From a virus (taxonomy: Duplodnaviria; Caudoviricetes), in IMG/VR virus record IMGVR_UViG_3300020360_000085, positions 186,520 through 250,519 of that record: a stretch of DNA of 64,000 nucleotides. One strand, given 5' to 3'. The notes beneath the pieces were generated by a model. The model was not told where the DNA came from and did no database searches. It saw only the letters and a program-made list of their open reading frames with translations. A program made the position numbers and the translations under genes. This document shows positions 27,225-38,300 of this stretch, piece after piece (position 1 is the stretch's first letter; every line of letters starts with the position of its first letter).

Positions 27225-27350
27225 TTTTACCCTAATCAGAGTTGTCGCCTATTCGTTTTACCGCGTCGGAGAATCTAGATCACGGAGTGTCTACGATTCG
27301 ATAGTTGCCCAGCCAACTACCTCGTTTGCCCTGTCAAACGAACAAGTGCT
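27225..27350 (-). ncRNA. Candidate structured small RNA with own promoter
   Basis: GC-rich intergenic island with three hairpins; TTGACA-N16-TACCCT at 27354-27381. Confidence 0.5.
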
Positions 27351-27390
27351 AATAGGGTAGCATGAATTTTTTATTTGTCAAGTCTTTTTA

Positions 27391-27855
27391 CTAGATTATT
27401 TGTATATTGTGGTATAGTAAATCTTTATCGTCTTGGTGAGGATTTGTTAAAGGCATAATACAACATAACTCTCTTTTAACATAATAATTAATATTAGGGA
27501 GAGATTTTTGTAATCTGGTAACTGCACTATGAACACACATTCCATAATGCATTCCACAAAATACTATATGGGAATAAATTTTTGCGTCAATAGTTAATTG
27601 ATGTATAGTAGAATATCTTGGATAATCTTTATAAAGACTATGTATTGGAGATGTTGCCTCCTGAAATACAACAACATTTTTAGCATGTTGTATATCGTGG
27701 AAAAGTTTATCTAAAAAAAGATGATTATGTTGATTAATATCAATACCTAAATCTAAAAATTCTAATTGGTCTTTTTCAGGCTGATTTAACCAAGGATCAA
27801 CAATTACCCATAAGGCGTCTTTTTGTAAAAATTTGTGATCATTGTGTAAATGCAT
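27391..27855 (-). CDS. Cysteine-hydrolase/isochorismatase-like hypothetical protein
   Basis: LWVIVDPW and VFCGMHYGMCV pattern. Confidence 0.4.
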   Translation of the reverse strand: MHLHNDHKFLQKDALWVIVDPWLNQPEKDQLEFLDLGIDINQHNHLFLDKLFHDIQHAKNVVVFQEATSPIHSLYKDYPRYSTIHQLTIDAKIYSHIVFCGMHYGMCVHSAVTRLQKSLPNINYYVKRELCCIMPLTNPHQDDKDLLYHNIQII

Positions 27856-27917
27856 ACTGATATTTATTGTATGCTAAAAAAATAAAGCCTTGTCCTGAAC
27901 AGGTTAAGATTTTTTAA

Positions 27918-28361
27918 TTAGACGCCGTATTTGACATTACCTCTTAAGGCAAAATATAATGCAACTACATATAAACTAACATGTAAGTAATCGTATAAAA
28001 TAACATCTAATAAACTTGCAGGTTTCATTAACCATAAGACTCCTGTAACTACGCAGGTCATTGTGATTGCACTAAATCTAGTTAATAAATCTCCTAAGTT
28101 CCAAATAACAGTTTGCATAAATTCACTAAACCATCTGTGCCATGGCATGACACCAATTAAGCCACCTACTAATAATCCTATTGCGGCGCCTATTTCACCA
28201 AATGTTACAAACCACCAAACAATATAGGGTAGGTTCCACATCTCTGCTTCTAATCCCATATTTCCATTGTACTTTGCAAAACCCTGTTGGAAAAACATTA
28301 CACTCAATGGAATTCTTAATAAAAATGTGGCTAGTGGTGCCGGTGCTTTTAATATATCCAT
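27918..28361 (-). CDS. DoxX-family membrane protein
   Basis: LLRIPL..FFQQGFAK and GEIGAAIGLLVG. Confidence 0.75.
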   Translation of the reverse strand: MDILKAPAPLATFLLRIPLSVMFFQQGFAKYNGNMGLEAEMWNLPYIVWWFVTFGEIGAAIGLLVGGLIGVMPWHRWFSEFMQTVIWNLGDLLTRFSAITMTCVVTGVLWLMKPASLLDVILYDYLHVSLYVVALYFALRGNVKYGV

Positions 28362-28957
28362 TATGTCTCCTTATAGGTAATTATGTCGTATATTTCTTTC
28401 CAATTTTTAATAACTGTAGCATCTCCAATGTAATCCATGTTATGTCCATGCTCTACTAATATGCCATTTAATCCTGCATCTATACCCCAATTTACATTTT
28501 CAGGCTTGTCTTCTATCCAGTAATTACCAGGATAATTTTCTCCATACTCCTGTAAAATAGTATCTTTGTCTGCGCCTGTGTCTAAACATATTACATCTAT
28601 AAATGCATCTCCAAATAGTTTTTTAAGATTTCTTTCTCTTAAATATTTTGCATATGGATCTAAACTTAAACTTGTAATAGCAATAAATTTATACTGATGT
28701 TGCTCATGTAATTTTTTAACAAAAAATTGTGCATCACGTAATGGAGGTAAAAACCCTATTGCGGCACTTTCATTAAATTGCTTAACTAATTTGTTGCCGG
28801 CTTCTGAGGACATGCCATATCGTTGACCAATATTATACAAATACTGATAACCTTCAACTTTTTCATGCCCATGATGTTCCATCCAAACTGAGAAACCTTC
28901 TTCCCAATCTAGTATTACACCATCACAATCTGTAAGTATTATTTTATCTTTTTTCAT
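28361..28957 (-). CDS. HAD-family 5'(3')-deoxyribonucleotidase-like protein
   Basis: ILTDCDGV motif I, IEDKPEN motif IV. Confidence 0.8.
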   Translation of the reverse strand: MKKDKIILTDCDGVILDWEEGFSVWMEHHGHEKVEGYQYLYNIGQRYGMSSEAGNKLVKQFNESAAIGFLPPLRDAQFFVKKLHEQHQYKFIAITSLSLDPYAKYLRERNLKKLFGDAFIDVICLDTGADKDTILQEYGENYPGNYWIEDKPENVNWGIDAGLNGILVEHGHNMDYIGDATVIKNWKEIYDIITYKET

Positions 28958-28978
28958 AAATTTTTACTCCCATAACTT

Positions 28979-29006
28979 ATTATACTAGAAAACAAGTATT
29001 TGTCAA
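28979..29006 (-). promoter_or_regulatory. sigma70-type promoter
   Basis: TTGACA-N16-TATAAT. Confidence 0.75.
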
Positions 29007-29028
29007 GCATAAAAGGTTAAATAGTAAT

Positions 29029-29586
29029 ATGAAAACAATTAACGTATTTCCTAACAGAGTCTTTACAGAAAATCTACAATTAACTAAAGAGCAAAATGAT
29101 TCTATATTAGACGAAGTGGATTATCTTGTAGATAGAGAGCAAGTAGATGATACACATTTTGGCTGGATTACACCAAATGGTAGATCTATGGGAGAGCAAA
29201 CAGGTAAATTAACCAAATTAGTTGTAAACAGATTTGCAAGTGAAATAACACCTCAATTTAATACAGGAAACAAAAAAATTGAAATGGCAGATTTAAAACT
29301 GTCTATGATAAGACCTGGCCAAGCAGTTCCACATTTTGTAACAAAATATAGTTGGTACACGGCTATAGTATTTTTGCAAACCACAAACAGAGGTAGTCAT
29401 TTATATTTTGATGATATGGGTCCAAGGCACTTTGCAACACCTAAAGGTTTCGACGAATGGTCACATTATATAAAACCCGCAAAAAACAAAGTTATATATT
29501 TTCCAAGTCATTTAATAACAGGATTTACATCTAATGAATCCATGATAAACAATATCACTTTATCACTTAACTTCCTAGTTAAGTAA
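29029..29586 (+). CDS. 2OG-Fe(II) oxygenase-fold protein, metal ligands degenerate
   Basis: IYFPSHL...ITLSLNF jelly-roll pattern; HxH/D, distal His and Arg not retained. Confidence 0.55.
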   Translation: MKTINVFPNRVFTENLQLTKEQNDSILDEVDYLVDREQVDDTHFGWITPNGRSMGEQTGKLTKLVVNRFASEITPQFNTGNKKIEMADLKLSMIRPGQAVPHFVTKYSWYTAIVFLQTTNRGSHLYFDDMGPRHFATPKGFDEWSHYIKPAKNKVIYFPSHLITGFTSNESMINNITLSLNFLVK

Positions 29587-29638
29587 CTAAATATCACTGT
29601 ACAATAAAGTACAACACACATACACACAGGAGAAAAAA

Positions 29639-29854
29639 ATGTCAGAATATAGATCTGGGTTCGATATCAGAACCATGTTACTTTCACAAGCACAAAGTAT
29701 CCATATGGATAACTATGATAGAATGAAAGAATCAGTTTTTACACACAATGATCTCTTTCCTAATGATAAGAAAGAACTTCCTGCAGTAGAAATATCTGCA
29801 GAAGATATTATTGCAACTGCAAAAGAACTGAACACATTTGTAAGTGAAAAATAA
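29639..29854 (+). CDS. Small hypothetical phage protein
   Basis: AGGAG RBS; FDIRTMLL...DIIATAKEL. Confidence 0.75.
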   Translation: MSEYRSGFDIRTMLLSQAQSIHMDNYDRMKESVFTHNDLFPNDKKELPAVEISAEDIIATAKELNTFVSEK

Positions 29855-29881
29855 AAAAAGGGCGGTATAAAACCGCCCCTT
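29853..29881. terminator. Intrinsic terminator between convergent genes
   Basis: A7 then GGGCGGT-ataaa-ACCGCCC. Confidence 0.85.
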
Positions 29882-29908
29882 AAATAGTCTTTAAACTATT
29901 GGATTACA

Positions 29909-32900
29909 TTACACATAGTTGTAATGAACTGTTGCCACCATGGCACCTGCAGTGGTTGTTGCCGCTGAGGATCCATTAGATTGCATAAACTGTACTTGAA
30001 CAGTTGCATTTTTTGTAAGTGTATCATCACCATCTAATTCAATGATGTAAGATCCGGCCGTTGCCGCATCGGCATCTGAAGAAGCAACTAATGTGTCTCC
30101 TGATCCACCATTTTCTTTAATTAGTATGTGGTTAAATGATCCACCACTAAATGCTGTACTTACTTTTAATACAATTTTATCTGCGTAATAAGTTCTACCT
30201 GAAACATTTGGTACTGTACCAATGTTAAAAGTTGTATCTGAACTGTTTGCAGTAAATGTACTTCTAAGTATAAGTCCATCACCACCGTTATTGTCAACAT
30301 AGTCTTTAACAGCCGCTGAAGTTGGTATTGTAGTATCATTATCATTGTTACTAATACCATCTGATTCATCAACAAACTTAGTAATTGATATACTCTCACC
30401 TGAGTCTGTTAATGTTCCAAAACTTACAGCACCACTGATTGTAGCACTTGTACCTATAAATCCAGCCGCTTCAAAATTTGTTGCCGCTAATGTTAGGTCG
30501 CCACTGCCACTACCGTCTGCAGTAGTTGTTGCCGCCACAAACCTATCAACACTTTGGTCCCATCCTAAGAATCCGTTGTTACCATCTGATCCTCTTTCGT
30601 AAATGTGACCTATGTCATTAGGGTTAGCACCTGATAATCCAGACTGTAGAACAACTAATGTATCTGCAATAGTTGTGTTAGTCGAATTTACACTTGTTGT
30701 TGTACCACTAACTGTTAAGTTACCACCAACTGTAACATCACTTGAGAAAGCACCAGTTGTTGCTCCACTAAGAGCACCACCTGTTAAAGTTGCTGTTCCG
30801 TCTGTTAATGTTGTTGATGTAACACTTGTTAAACCTGTCAAAGTTGCATCTAGGTTTACAGTTAATGTATTACCACTTCCTACTGTAGTGATATTAGTAC
30901 CACCAGCAATATCAAGTGTTTCTGAGTCTAGATCAATTGCTAAAGCACCACCACTATCGCCTTGGAAGTCCAAGTCTTGTGCAGTAAGTTGAGTATCAAC
31001 GTATGCTTTAACTGATTGCTGTGTAGGAACAAGTGAAGCACTATCACTAGCCATGTTGTCTTCGTCAACAAATGCTGTAATTGTGATTGAACCGTCACTT
31101 AATGATCCGTATTGTACAGTACCACTTGCTGTGATGTTTGTTGCACCTGTAATAGCACCACTAGAAGCACTTAACGTACCATCTGTTAGTGTACCACCTT
31201 GTACTGAGCCACTGAATGTAGCCGCAACACCACCAGTTAGTGTACCGTCGGATAAAGTTGCCGCACCGTCAGTAATAGCACCAGCAGTAACTAGGTTACC
31301 TGCTGTTATGTTGCCACTTACTGTTGGAGCATTAACAAGTCCTACTGTAATTGTGTTGTTAGTAACTGCTGTTTCGATCTCATTACTTGTACCTGAAATA
31401 GTTAGTTTTTCACCACCATTTACAGTATCCTCAGTACCACTATCAGCATCAATATTGAAACTTGTTGTTATTGAGGTATTAGAGGCCGCTGTTATACGTC
31501 CTTGAGCGTCAACAGTAATTACTGGAACTGCTGTTGCGCCACCATATGAGCCAGCACTTACGGCTGTATTATCTAGATTTAATGTTACTGTTTGGCTACC
31601 TGCCGCGGATGTAAGACCTGTACCACCTGCAATAGTTAGTGACTGTGAGTCTAAGTCGACAGCACCTGTTCCACTATCACCTGCAAGGTCTAAGTCTTGT
31701 GCAGTAATATTTGTATCTACATAATTTTTAACTGCCGCTGATGTAGGTATAGATGTGTCATTGTCATTACTTCCAATGCCATCACTTTCATCAACGAATT
31801 TTGTGACTGCAATTGACTCACCTGAGTCTGTTAGAGTTCCAAAACTTATAACACCTGAAGCAGTTAAGTTTACAGCACCTGTCATAGATCCTGAAGCAAT
31901 TTCCATTGTTCCATCTTTAAATCTACCTGCTGTTACATTACCACTTGCTGTAACTGTTGTTGCACCACTTAAAGCACCACTTGTTAGTGTTGCTGTTCCG
32001 TCTGTAAGTGAACCACCTGTTACTGCACCTGTTGTTGTATATGCACCTGCTTTAACTGTTTCTGAACCGAAGTCCCATTGAGTTGTAGCCGCTTTATAAA
32101 GTATCTGTTTGATACTTCCGTTTGCATTTGCTTCGAAACCAGCATCGGTATTTGCACCGCCACTGTTTACTCTAAATATTGCGTCTGCTGTTTCAACTGT
32201 TGTTGAATTTACTGTTGTCTGTGTACCTTGTACCGTTAGGTTACCTGTAATAATCGCATCACCTGTAAGACTAACTGTTGTTGCTGTAATGTCATCTGAA
32301 AGGAAACTACCTGTTACGGTTAAGTTATTCCCTACTGTGACATTATTTGGTAATCCAATTTGGATTTGGTTATCTGAAACTGTTGTTTCGATTTCGTTAC
32401 TTGTACCCACAAAGTTTAGGGTGTCTGTACCAACTGTAACAGTATCATCTGAACCGGAATCTGCTCCGATTGTCAATGTGCTAGATGTAGAAGCAGTACT
32501 TACTGCTGTAATTCTACCTTTAGCATCTACTGTTATAACTGGAATAGCACTACTGCCACCATAACTACCAGCACTAACACCTGAGGCCGCCAACGTTGTT
32601 GTCAACGTTATGTTTTGACTACCGTCAAAAGTTGTAGCACCTGCAGTTGTATCACCTGCTATTGTTATCGTTCTACCTGTTTCAAGTACGGTTGCATTTG
32701 CGGCCGTACCTGTTAAGTCACCAGTAATTGCACCAGAGGCGTTGACAGTTGTAAAACTACCTGCCGCCGCAGAAGCGCCGCCAATGACTGTGCCATCGAT
32801 TGCACCGCCATCAATATTGACGTTATTACTGGCCTGTGTAGCAATATTGCCTAAGCCTAAATTTGTTCTGGCGTCTCCGGCACCTGTTGCACCTGTACCA

Positions 32901-33220
32901 CCATTTGCAACTGGTAATGTACCACTTACATCTGATCCTAATGCAACTGCACCTGCAGACATAGTACCTGATGAAACCTTAATAACACCTGATGATGAAC
33001 TAAAGTTTTGCCCTGTACCACCGAACTGAGTACCTATAGCAGTACCATTCCAAGTACCACTACCTACTGTACCGAAACGAACATCTTCCAGAGTGGAACC
33101 ATTTGATTGCGTGAAGTCAAATCTGGTATTACTTGAGTCGTAGACAAGTCTACCACCACTTTTACCCATTTGCACGTCGGCCGCAATACCTTTGATTCCA
33201 AAGTTCTTAATGTCAGCCAT
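29909..33220 (-). CDS. Long Gly/Thr/Ser-rich structural protein (tail fibre-like)
   Basis: 1103 aa; repeated GSYGG..IPVITVDA.GRITA and PTSAAVK.YVD modules. Confidence 0.75.
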   Translation of the reverse strand: MADIKNFGIKGIAADVQMGKSGGRLVYDSSNTRFDFTQSNGSTLEDVRFGTVGSGTWNGTAIGTQFGGTGQNFSSSSGVIKVSSGTMSAGAVALGSDVSGTLPVANGGTGATGAGDARTNLGLGNIATQASNNVNIDGGAIDGTVIGGASAAAGSFTTVNASGAITGDLTGTAANATVLETGRTITIAGDTTAGATTFDGSQNITLTTTLAASGVSAGSYGGSSAIPVITVDAKGRITAVSTASTSSTLTIGADSGSDDTVTVGTDTLNFVGTSNEIETTVSDNQIQIGLPNNVTVGNNLTVTGSFLSDDITATTVSLTGDAIITGNLTVQGTQTTVNSTTVETADAIFRVNSGGANTDAGFEANANGSIKQILYKAATTQWDFGSETVKAGAYTTTGAVTGGSLTDGTATLTSGALSGATTVTASGNVTAGRFKDGTMEIASGSMTGAVNLTASGVISFGTLTDSGESIAVTKFVDESDGIGSNDNDTSIPTSAAVKNYVDTNITAQDLDLAGDSGTGAVDLDSQSLTIAGGTGLTSAAGSQTVTLNLDNTAVSAGSYGGATAVPVITVDAQGRITAASNTSITTSFNIDADSGTEDTVNGGEKLTISGTSNEIETAVTNNTITVGLVNAPTVSGNITAGNLVTAGAITDGAATLSDGTLTGGVAATFSGSVQGGTLTDGTLSASSGAITGATNITASGTVQYGSLSDGSITITAFVDEDNMASDSASLVPTQQSVKAYVDTQLTAQDLDFQGDSGGALAIDLDSETLDIAGGTNITTVGSGNTLTVNLDATLTGLTSVTSTTLTDGTATLTGGALSGATTGAFSSDVTVGGNLTVSGTTTSVNSTNTTIADTLVVLQSGLSGANPNDIGHIYERGSDGNNGFLGWDQSVDRFVAATTTADGSGSGDLTLAATNFEAAGFIGTSATISGAVSFGTLTDSGESISITKFVDESDGISNNDNDTTIPTSAAVKDYVDNNGGDGLILRSTFTANSSDTTFNIGTVPNVSGRTYYADKIVLKVSTAFSGGSFNHILIKENGGSGDTLVASSDADAATAGSYIIELDGDDTLTKNATVQVQFMQSNGSSAATTTAGAMVATVHYNYV

Positions 33221-33313
33221 TATGTTCTCCTAATACTAGTATTTGTTCTAATTCGAATTAAACGGTTTTTTGCTGAACCGTTACAAGTATTTATCTTAAA
33301 TTAAGGAATTTGT

Positions 33314-35329
33314 TTAGACGTATGTTAGTTTGACTGTAACGTTTCCGTTCGATGCAGAGTAATGATTACAACGTACCCTAATAGTTTGGTCTTGAGTTTC
33401 AGTTGCAGGGTAAACATAATCTGGAGTACATACATATGAGCCTAATGTTGTTAAATCATTACTAGGACTATCACAATATATGTCTGCATCGCCAAGTGTT
33501 CCAACTTCAACATTTGGTAATACATTACCTGTGTAACTGCTAAATGCTGTATCAACGTCTACATAAACTGATATAATTTTTCTTCCAGGAGATATATTTC
33601 CAATGTTTTGTGTTGTACTGGTTCCAAATCCACCTGCCGGCATTGTAAATGTTGTAGTAAGTGTTTTAGCATCAACGTTTGCACTATCCTGATCTGAAAC
33701 TTTGACCCAGGCACTACCTGTATAAAGATAAAGTCCCCATTCGCCGTCACCTTTATTAGTAACGTATGCTTGGTCACCTGCTTGTGAACTTAAGGCATCT
33801 CTGCTACTAACGTCTGCTACAAGTGTTGTACCTCCTGTTCTAATACCCTGTTCAATATTCAATGCTAACGGGAACATTCCAGTATGTCCACTTGCTATGC
33901 CTGTGTTTACACGAAAGTTTTCTGTACCTTCGTAAAGATCAATTGGTCCACCATCGCTTCTGGTTAGTTTTAATCTTTCAGTACCAGTTGCACTAGTAGT
34001 TGCAGGAAGTCCAGAAGTGTTACTACCGCCTACATAACCGTAGCCACCTGTGTCTGCGTTCCCATTGTATAGGTTTATTGCGTTACCGTTGCTTTCTGTA
34101 AGTGTCAGTACTGTTGCTGTTGCAGTTACAGTAAGGTTACCTATACCTGCGGCATCTATATCTGTTTTCATATCTTCTGGCGTAGATACACCTGCATACT
34201 GTGAACCGTTAGTTGTAAAGTTTACAAGAGTGTTACCACTACCACTATCTATGTATGCACTAAATGGTGTATAACCACCTACAAGTCCGTAAATTGTGTT
34301 AGGTCCGTCAGATGTAATAATTGTTGGTGTTGGCGTTGTATTTGCAACAACACTAGTATTACTAGTATGACTGTTAATCTGTGTAGCAACTAGCGATACA
34401 TTTAAATTACTGCCACTGCCATCAAAGGCAATACTTTGGCCATTTAAAGATATGGTATGAGAGTCTGGAATCTCTGGACCATCAACATTTCCTGTTAATA
34501 CTGTGGGTATAGCATCTTGTATTTTTAAAAAAGCAATTTTACCTGTATCGCTTGTTGTAAATTCTCCTGTATTGCTCACGTAAATATAATCGCCCTGTGA
34601 GCCTGGAATACTAGGCTCAAAATCTATAATCTGATTGTTAGGCATTACCATAAACTGATTAGGACCAGGTCCTGCTTCAGTTACAACACCTATCATTTTT
34701 GCCATTGTGGCTGTATTTGCTTTAGTAAATCCTGCACTACTAACAGCAACAATATCTCCTTTAGATAAACCATGAGATGTTTGCTCTAATACATAATTTT
34801 GTTGTGGATTTAAATATTCAAATCTACTTGCTACAGTAGGATAAAATTGTGCCGCCGCCGTTGTAGGCAGAGGATCTAACATTGGTACGCCTTTCTCGTT
34901 TAGGGAAAATACAACTGCTGATCCTGAAGTAGGAGCACCATTACCTGTACTTGCTCTAAATGTATTATAACGTAGCCAGTCCTCTACAATACATGTAACA
35001 CTATTTGCTGTTTTGGCTGATATGGAATGTATTTTCCAACATAATCCTGAGTTTGCCATTGCTATCCAATCGCCTACTACAATATCTAATCCATTAAAAG
35101 AAAAGTCGTCTCTTGTTAAGTGGGAACCATGTGATTGTGCTGTAACACTAAATGTAATTTCCCATCTGTAATATTTTTTAGTTGCACCTGCACCCTCATA
35201 CCACTGATCGCCTGTGCCATTCTGGTGTGGCCAATATGCGTTACCTGATACTGCTGATATACTTGTACCTAAAACTTTATTTGGTACGTTAAGTACTATT
35301 TGCGAGGATTTGAAGTTAGTTAAAGCCAT
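33314..35329 (-). CDS. Structural virion protein (baseplate/tail-associated)
   Basis: 671 aa G/T/S-rich; late cluster. Confidence 0.6.
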   Translation of the reverse strand: MALTNFKSSQIVLNVPNKVLGTSISAVSGNAYWPHQNGTGDQWYEGAGATKKYYRWEITFSVTAQSHGSHLTRDDFSFNGLDIVVGDWIAMANSGLCWKIHSISAKTANSVTCIVEDWLRYNTFRASTGNGAPTSGSAVVFSLNEKGVPMLDPLPTTAAAQFYPTVASRFEYLNPQQNYVLEQTSHGLSKGDIVAVSSAGFTKANTATMAKMIGVVTEAGPGPNQFMVMPNNQIIDFEPSIPGSQGDYIYVSNTGEFTTSDTGKIAFLKIQDAIPTVLTGNVDGPEIPDSHTISLNGQSIAFDGSGSNLNVSLVATQINSHTSNTSVVANTTPTPTIITSDGPNTIYGLVGGYTPFSAYIDSGSGNTLVNFTTNGSQYAGVSTPEDMKTDIDAAGIGNLTVTATATVLTLTESNGNAINLYNGNADTGGYGYVGGSNTSGLPATTSATGTERLKLTRSDGGPIDLYEGTENFRVNTGIASGHTGMFPLALNIEQGIRTGGTTLVADVSSRDALSSQAGDQAYVTNKGDGEWGLYLYTGSAWVKVSDQDSANVDAKTLTTTFTMPAGGFGTSTTQNIGNISPGRKIISVYVDVDTAFSSYTGNVLPNVEVGTLGDADIYCDSPSNDLTTLGSYVCTPDYVYPATETQDQTIRVRCNHYSASNGNVTVKLTYV

Positions 35330-35341
35330 TAACTATACTCC

Positions 35342-38300
35342 TTAATCGTAAACCACAAACTCAATCCATGCGTGAGTGGTTGTTCCAAAACTTCTACTTG
35401 CACCTGTTTCTGCCTCTCTCAATCTCAGTTTAAGTGCTATAGTTGACGAGCCATTAAACAATGTAGGTGAACCACTGGAGCCTCCTCCTGCTAATTCTCT
35501 AAGTCCCATTGTTGTTTCTAATGGTACAACCAGATATTTGTTATTTGCGTAATCGTATCCATACATCATAATACTTGCTGGAGGATAAGTTATTGAACTA
35601 TCAAATGTTACTGTTACATCTCCACCACTTGCACTATCTATACTGATACTATCTATTAAACTTGTTTTGTCAGATGTTGTGTCTAATTGTCCACTAGAGT
35701 TATAATTTAATTTAAATCTTTGTATTGTGGCACCTGAACCTCCGCCACCGCCACTAATGTTTACATTTGAAACACCTGTAATTCTACCTTGTTGGTCAAC
35801 TGTTATTTGAGCACTTTTTGATGCACTACCATATACACCTGGTGTTACGGCTGTGTTTGCCAAGTCTAGTGTAGCATCTCCTGAAGTTGCGCCTCCACTA
35901 AGTCCTGTTCCTGCCACAACACTAGTGATATCTCCACTACCACCGCCACCACTTATGGCAACGTTTGTAACATTAGTAATTCTTCCAACTGCATCTACAG
36001 TAAACTGTGGAGTTGTTGTAGCATTACCATATGTTCCTGGTGTAACAGACGTGTTTGCAAATTTATATGATATAACATTAGTTGCAACTTCTACATTCAT
36101 TTCACCTGAAGTGCCAAGGAATGTTAATGTTTCAGTTGGCCCATCAAATGTATGTGTACCTGTATTACCTGCAATTCCAAAACTTGTATTAGAAGCAGTT
36201 TGTAATACTGTTGTTAGATCTACATTACCTGATTGTCCTGATAAACTAATTACATTACCTGCTAAGGTTAAATCTTGTGCATCTGTATCAGTATCTCTCA
36301 TTTTTTGTAATACAGTTGTTAAATCTACTGTACTACCAGAGCCTGATATCGTAATAACGTTACTTGTATTATTAATGCTTATTGTTTGGTCAACAGCACC
36401 GTCGGCACCTCTAACATTACCTGCGTCTATTGTACTTGCATTACTTAATGTAAGTATTAGATTACCTGAACCATTTACAGTAGCAGTTGATGTGCTTATT
36501 CCATCATTACCTGCGGCACCAGTGGCACCTACATTACCTTGTGGTCCTTGTACACTACCAACATCTTGTGTTGATGTGTTACTGTATGTTAGTATTAAAT
36601 TACCACCACTAATAGTAGCGGCTGTTACTCCATTACCTGTGGCACCGGTGTTACCTACGTTTCCTTGTGGACCTTGTGGTCCTGTTGCGCCTACTCCTGA
36701 TAAATCTACTGTTGTTCCGTCATATGTTAAATCACTATTTGCTAGTGTTAAAGTTGGTCTACTTGCTACATCACTGAAATTACCAGTAAATGCAACTGTG
36801 CTTAATTCTGTATTACTATTTGCTAATGCATTGGCAACTTCCGCCAAACTGTCTAAATTTACATTAGCACCGCCTATTAATGTGTTGACTTCTGCATCAA
36901 CATAGGCTTTCATATTTGTATTTGCTGTTGTTATGTCACTTGTTATTGGTATTTTAACCCAAGCACCACCATGTGCAAAGTACATGGCCGCGTCAGCATG
37001 TGAATGAGCAATAGCACCATGGTATGTTGTAGCATTAGGAAAATCTGATTGATTTGCATAATAAAATCTAGTTTTTCCTACATCTACTGTGCTGTTACTT
37101 CCACTTATTGTAATTATATTTGCACTTAAAGATAATGTTTGCTGTAAAGCAGATAAGTTTGCAGATGTACCATTAGTAATTTGTAATGTTGTATTTGCGG
37201 CATTCCATGTTAAATTTTGTGCATCTCCGTCAGCAACCCAGGCATAATCACTTCCATTCCAACTTAATACCTGATTAGATGTTGCACTACTTGTATTTAA
37301 GTGTGCATCAACATTTGCGTCTGCATAATTACCTGCAACACTACCTAGTAACGATGTTAAATCTACATTACCTGATTGTCCTGTTAAACTAATTACATTA
37401 CCTGCTAAGGTTAAGTCTTGTGCATCAGTATCTGTTGTTTGAGCAATCCAGGCATAATCTGAACCGTTCCAACTTAATACATATCCTGCTGTTGGGTTAC
37501 TTTGATTAAGATGTGAGTCTACTGAGGCATCGCTATAACTACCGCCACTGCTTACGTTTGCTGGTGTAAATGTAAACACACCTGCATTATCATATGATAA
37601 ACTACCATTACCACTAGGTGTTGCTGTAGTAACACTAAATGATGTTAAAGTAACATTACCGCCACCTGAACCTGTCTGATCTCCTGCTACAAATTTACCA
37701 CTGCTACTATTATAAACTAAAACTTGTCCGTTTGTTACACCACTTGCATCTACATCACTAAGGTCTGCTATGCTCATTGCCTGTGCGGCTGTGGTTGGAT
37801 TTACTGCAAATGTAATTGTATCTGCATTAGCATCTGTTGTTAATGATATTCCTGTACCGCCTGTAATTGTTAAATCATCTTCTAGTTTTTCTGCACTAAC
37901 TGAAGTTTGACCAGTAACATGTATATTTGCAAAACCTAAACTTGCATTACCTGAACCACTACCACCACTTACTGCTACACTATCTACTGAACTTATTCTT
38001 CCATAAGTATCAACTGTTATACGTGGAGCATGTGTTGTATTACCATATACACCTGCTGTAACACCTGTTGCTACTAAATTTAATGTAGCATTTGAATTGT
38101 TTCCTGTGCCGCCTGTTACTGTAATTTGTCCTGCTGTACCAATTACATTACCAACATAGTCTGCTGTTAAACTACTTGCCTGTGCTAAAGTGATTTCTGT
38201 AGGTGTTACTGCTGTAACTTGTCCTTTATCGTTTACTGTAATTGCTGGAATATGTGTTGCGTTGCCATAACTGCCTGAGATGTTTGCTATAGGTGTTATG

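Noticed and set aside
27304-27316. GGCUGGGCAAC resembles part of the HDV ribozyme
   Set aside because: No nested double pseudoknot (P1/P2/P3/L3) could be built.
27326-27340. ACAGGGCAAAC on the minus strand resembles the 5' part of a c-di-GMP-I riboswitch
   Set aside because: No GNRA tetraloop/receptor or GACGCAAAGC segment; the bases are better explained as a local hairpin.
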